From an uncultured bacterium (GTDB taxonomy: Bacteria; Oederibacteriota; Oederibacteriia; Oederibacteriales; Oederibacteriaceae): a stretch of 64,000 nucleotides of DNA. The notes beneath the pieces are model-generated. The model ran no database searches, was not told where the DNA came from, and was given only the letters and a program-made list of their open reading frames with translations. The stretch lies in the NCBI GenBank assembly GCA_965112635.1, contig OZ218778.1:1248001-1312000 (forward strand), written 5' to 3'. Shown piece after piece: positions 60,082 through 64,000 of the stretch (position 1 is the first letter of the stretch; each line of letters begins with the position of its first letter). Both the position numbers and the translations under genes were made by a program.

Positions 60082-61563
60082 TTGTTCAACTTTCAAACTT
60101 CTATTCTAGGATATATTTTTACAGGCAGCGGGTTCATCAAGCTGGACCCAGGCGTTTACGCCTGGTTCAGTTTGGGCGGGGCCGTGGTGATAGCCGCGGT
60201 TTATTATTTCTTTTACCGGTACGGTAAAACTCTTTTTTGGAATTCCAGGTTACCCAAGCGGTCCGTTTTCCTTGTGGTCTTTGTTTTTTACCTGGTGGTC
60301 ACCACCTGGGTTACGGTCCTTTACCCGCCGGTGGCGGACGAGCCGCACTACCTGGTCATGAGCCACAGCCTGGTCTATGACCATGACCTGGATACCGCCA
60401 AGGTCTATGCCAACAAGGAATATCTGAAATTTTACCCGGCCGATAACCTGGATCCCCACCATCACGAGGCCGGGTTGTCATTCCTGGTCGCGCCGTTCTA
60501 CTGGCTGGGGGGGAGGTTCGGGGTCCAAGTCCTGTTGAACTTCTTGATGGCCCTGGTAGCGGTCAATATTTTCCTGCTGTGCGTGGAATCCGGGTTTACT
60601 CAGGAGGTCAGTTTCAGCGTGGCCTTTCTGATGGCCATAGGCAGTCCTCTGGTGACCCATGCTTCTTTGGTCCTGACCGAGGTCCCGGCGGCCCTGCTGA
60701 CCATCTATTTGTTCCGCAAGATCATCTTCAATAGCATCATTCCGGTCGGGTTGCTGGTCGGGGAAACGATTTTGATCCTGTTGTTCCCCTGGCTGCATCT
60801 CAAATACACCCTGCTGGCTGTCCTGTTCATATTTTTCCTTTTGATGCACCTCAAGAACCAATATAAATTGCTGGTGCTTTTTATCATCCTTTTGCTGGCG
60901 GGCGGGGGAGGGTTCGCCCTGTTCCATTACCTGTATTATGGATGGAGCGTGCCCCTGCACGGCCAAGAGACCACTCAAGGCGCTCTTCCTATGTTCACAG
61001 GAGACCTGCTGCGCGGCGGGCTGGGGCTGTTGTGGGACAGGGATTTCGGGCTGTTCCCTTACTGCCCGCTGTTCCTTTTTATGTTCTGCGGCTGGTTCCT
61101 TTTCCGCAAAGATAATCCCAAAGTTTCCCAAGCCATCAATGTGTTTTTTTTCGCGTTATTCCTTGTTTACAGTCTGACCGTGCCTGAATGCTGGAGCGGT
61201 TCTGCCGCACCCAGCCGGATGCTGGTGCCGGTTTTACCTTTGCTGGCCCCATTTCTGGCCCGGGTCAGGGAAGAAAAGAGCCTCCAAAACCTATGGCAAA
61301 AGGTGACCATTTTAGCGGTTTTTATCGGCTATCTTTTGAATGTCTTTCCCTTCCTGCGCTATTTCACGGGCAAGGAAAAACTTCTGGGGCATTTGGCCAC
61401 CTCTCTGGGAATTGACCCACTTTTTTTCCTGCCAGCCCTTTTTCAGGATAAGGCAGACAGCCAGTTCCTGGCCGCCTTTTACCTGATCGTGTTGTTCCTA
61501 ATATCCTATTTTTATTCCAAGGCCAAAACACTGTTCAAGTTCCAATGGAGGGTCGGACGATGA
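60082..61563 (+). CDS. GT-C-fold membrane glycosyltransferase-like protein (paralogue of the preceding gene)
   Basis: ADEPHYLVMSHSLVYDHDLD, GLFPYCP and SRMLVP; multi-TM. Confidence 0.7.
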   Translation: MFNFQTSILGYIFTGSGFIKLDPGVYAWFSLGGAVVIAAVYYFFYRYGKTLFWNSRLPKRSVFLVVFVFYLVVTTWVTVLYPPVADEPHYLVMSHSLVYDHDLDTAKVYANKEYLKFYPADNLDPHHHEAGLSFLVAPFYWLGGRFGVQVLLNFLMALVAVNIFLLCVESGFTQEVSFSVAFLMAIGSPLVTHASLVLTEVPAALLTIYLFRKIIFNSIIPVGLLVGETILILLFPWLHLKYTLLAVLFIFFLLMHLKNQYKLLVLFIILLLAGGGGFALFHYLYYGWSVPLHGQETTQGALPMFTGDLLRGGLGLLWDRDFGLFPYCPLFLFMFCGWFLFRKDNPKVSQAINVFFFALFLVYSLTVPECWSGSAAPSRMLVPVLPLLAPFLARVREEKSLQNLWQKVTILAVFIGYLLNVFPFLRYFTGKEKLLGHLATSLGIDPLFFLPALFQDKADSQFLAAFYLIVLFLISYFYSKAKTLFKFQWRVGR

Positions 61564-62774
61564 AGATCCTGGTTGTCGCGCCTATTATCCCTTATCCCCT
61601 GCATGACGGGGACAAGCTCAGGTTTTACCATTTGCTGGAGGGTATGGGCCGCAAGCATGAGGTGACCCTGCTGGCCTGCTCCAGGGACCCTGAGGCCCAA
61701 GAGCAAGCCAAAGGTTTGCGCGGAATCGTCCGGGAGTGTCAGGTCATCCATCTTTCCAATTTTCAGCTCTATATGAACTGTATAAAGAAGTTGTTCTCCC
61801 AGCTTCCCTTCAATGTCAGTGCCTACCTTTGGCCGGAAATGCAAAGGGCCGTAGATAAAAAACTGGCCAGCCAATCCTTCGACCTTGTTTTCGCTTACAG
61901 GCTGCGTATGGCTCCCTATGTCGCCAAAGTCAGTCTGCCCAAGGTATTGGACCTGACGGATTCCATGTCCATTTATCTGACGAGAGTGGCTAAGCAGGCC
62001 AGCCCGCCCTGGAAAAAAATTTTTCTTCATTGGGAAGCGGCGAAGATGAGGAAATACGAGCCCGTCCCCTGCGGGCAATTCAAGACATGCCTCATTTCCT
62101 CACCCGAAGATATGAAGTATCTGGAAAGTCGGGGAGTTAAGAACCTGGCCCTGGTCCGCAATGGGGTGGCTATGAAAGATTTCACGGGGATCAAAGCCAA
62201 ACGAAACCCCGACACCCTGCTTTTTTCAGGCAACCAGGGTTATTACCCCAACCAGCAGGGTATCGCGGACTTTAAAGAGCATAGCTGGCCTTTGATCAAA
62301 TCCAGCGTGCCAAGCACGAACCTGCAGGTCGTAGGCGGCAACCCTCCGGCCTGGATGCAGAAATGGAACAGAGAGGCCGGTATCCGGGTGACCGGCCGGG
62401 TGGACCAGATCGCGCCTTATTTTAAGAGAGCCGCGGTCTTTATCTGCCCCATCCAGGTGGGGTCGGGCATCCGGTTCAAGCTCCTTGAGGCCATGGCCGC
62501 GGGACTTCCCATCGTGACCACCACTTTGGGCTGCGAGGGCATAGGCGTCACCCCGAACAAGGAGATGATGGTCGCGGACAGTCCGGAATCCTTTGCGGCG
62601 GCCGTAGTCGTGCTTTTGACCAGCCCTAAAATGAGGAATAAACTAAAGGGGCAGGCATTCTTAGCCTGTCAAAAAAGCTTTGATTGGCCGGTTATCCAGA
62701 AGGTTTTGAGCGAGGTCCTAGCCCTGGCTGTTTGGGGCAGGAAAAGCAAGAATGCCCGTTCTAAGCGGTTATAA
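61560..62774 (+). CDS. Glycosyltransferase family 4
   Basis: PYPLHDGDKLR, RNGV, YYPN and GSGIRFKLLEAMAAGLPIVTT..GCEG. Confidence 0.88.
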   Translation: MKILVVAPIIPYPLHDGDKLRFYHLLEGMGRKHEVTLLACSRDPEAQEQAKGLRGIVRECQVIHLSNFQLYMNCIKKLFSQLPFNVSAYLWPEMQRAVDKKLASQSFDLVFAYRLRMAPYVAKVSLPKVLDLTDSMSIYLTRVAKQASPPWKKIFLHWEAAKMRKYEPVPCGQFKTCLISSPEDMKYLESRGVKNLALVRNGVAMKDFTGIKAKRNPDTLLFSGNQGYYPNQQGIADFKEHSWPLIKSSVPSTNLQVVGGNPPAWMQKWNREAGIRVTGRVDQIAPYFKRAAVFICPIQVGSGIRFKLLEAMAAGLPIVTTTLGCEGIGVTPNKEMMVADSPESFAAAVVVLLTSPKMRNKLKGQAFLACQKSFDWPVIQKVLSEVLALAVWGRKSKNARSKRL

Positions 62775-62819
62775 TTGACAATGGCAGCTAAGGACTAAAC
62801 CAGAAAGGTATTTCGGAAT

Positions 62820-64000
62820 ATGTGCGCGATCTTCGGATTTTTGAAAAATTCTGAAACGATGTTCTGCCCGGAAAATATCCTCAGGGCCATGGGAGAGGTC
62901 CTCAAACACCGCGGCCCTGATGACAATGGTTTTTTTGTCGACCTCAACGTAGGGATAGGGATGCAACGGCTGAGCATCCTGGATGTCCAGGGCGGCCACC
63001 AGCCCATGGCCAGCGAAGACCATAAGGTTTGGGTGGTTTTCAACGGAGAGATCTACAATTACCTGGAACTCAAAGAAACGCTTAAGGCCAAGGGCCATCA
63101 GTTCAAAAGTTCATCGGACACCGAGGTCATTGTTCATGCCTATGAGGAGTACGGAGAGGATTTCCCCGTACATCTGCGGGGTATGTTCGCCTGCGCGGTG
63201 TGGGACCAAAATCACCGCAACCTTTATCTGGTCAGGGACCGCTTGGGAATCAAACCTCTTTTTTACACAGAAACCTCCGAAGGTATGGCTTTTGCCTCAG
63301 AGGCCAAAGCCTTGTTCGTTGTTCCGCTGGTCCCGCGCGAGCTGAACCTGGCCCTGCTGCCGGTCCTGTTCCATTTACAGTATGTTCCCGGGCCGGGAAC
63401 ATTATTCAAAGGTATCCAAAAACTCATGCCCGGCCAGGTCCTCAAATGGCACGGGGGCCAAATCACCCTCAAGCGGTACTGGGACCTGCCCAAGGCGGCT
63501 CCTGTCCCCAAAGACCCACTTACCCTGGAGCAGGCCGGACAAAAGCTCAGGGAGTTGCTCAAAGAGTCGGTCACCCAGCATTTGCAAAGCGACGTGCCAC
63601 TGGGGGCTTTTTTAAGCGGGGGGCTGGATTCCTCGGCCATGGTCGCTCTCATGACCCAGGAAACCGAACATCCGGTCAGGACTTTCACGGTAGGTTTTGA
63701 AGGGCCCAAGCATTTTAACGAGCTGGAATATGCCAGGGAGGCTGCCAAAGAGCTGCATACAGACCACACAGAGATCATGATCGCTCCCGATGAGATCGCC
63801 AAGCTATTTGACGAGACCACCTGGTACCTGGACGACCTGATCCTGGACCCGGCGGTCCTGCCCACCTATCTGATGAGCAGGCTGGCCAGGCAGAGCGTGA
63901 CCGTGGCCTTGTCCGGCGAAGGCGGGGACGAGTTGTTCGGGGGATACTTGCGTTACCGGTTGGACCAGTTGGCTCCCTGGGTCCAGAGAGTTCCCGGGGC
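62820..64000 (+). CDS. asnB: Asparagine synthase (glutamine-hydrolysing) family amidotransferase, 3'-truncated; absent from the ORF track
   Basis: MCAIFG (Ntn Cys), HRGPD, RLSILD, NGEIYN, RDRLGIKPL, LSGGLDSS and LSGEGGDELFGGY, all in one open frame to the window end. Confidence 0.93.
   Translation, partial: MCAIFGFLKNSETMFCPENILRAMGEVLKHRGPDDNGFFVDLNVGIGMQRLSILDVQGGHQPMASEDHKVWVVFNGEIYNYLELKETLKAKGHQFKSSSDTEVIVHAYEEYGEDFPVHLRGMFACAVWDQNHRNLYLVRDRLGIKPLFYTETSEGMAFASEAKALFVVPLVPRELNLALLPVLFHLQYVPGPGTLFKGIQKLMPGQVLKWHGGQITLKRYWDLPKAAPVPKDPLTLEQAGQKLRELLKESVTQHLQSDVPLGAFLSGGLDSSAMVALMTQETEHPVRTFTVGFEGPKHFNELEYAREAAKELHTDHTEIMIAPDEIAKLFDETTWYLDDLILDPAVLPTYLMSRLARQSVTVALSGEGGDELFGGYLRYRLDQLAPWVQRVPG

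Noticed and set aside
62983-63865. Short ORFs listed at the window end
   Set aside because: They overlap the true asnB frame starting at 62820, which the track missed because it has no stop codon in the window.

Overview
Bacterial chromosomal DNA, moderately GC-rich, with almost all genes on the + strand. No rRNA, tRNA, CRISPR array or intact transposase was recognised. Layout: (1) 1-12.8 kb holds two carbohydrate ABC permeases, transaldolase, lpdA, a catalytically degenerate FabD homologue, trxA, a ROK kinase, a PLD-family protein and several secreted Thr-rich proteins. (2) 12.9-33.8 kb is one co-directional hybrid amino-acid cluster: hisD-C-B-H-A-F-I, trpE, two inserted exported proteins, trpG-D-CF, a small ORF, trpB-A, then recN, a PHP protein and aroQ. 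(3) 33.8-64 kb is a surface-glycosylation region with O-antigen-ligase-like/TPR proteins, three YfhO-like and two further GT-C membrane enzymes, Wzx, GT4, GT9, methyltransferases, UDP-glucuronate decarboxylase and AsnB. It surrounds two near-identical type IV pilin genes and a PorV-like barrel with a CTD-bearing neighbour. The main finding is an unannotated 23-aa leader peptide (MENIKLAGWHWHSGSTRGVPAAW, 12960-13031) with alternating Trp/His codons. It sits in a complete 1:2 / 2:3 / 3:4 attenuator in front of the combined his+trp cluster, making it a candidate dual His/Trp-sensing transcription attenuator. Three single-base frameshifts and one ATG-to-ACG lesion may be assembly errors. All product calls come from motif recognition by eye; no database searches were run.
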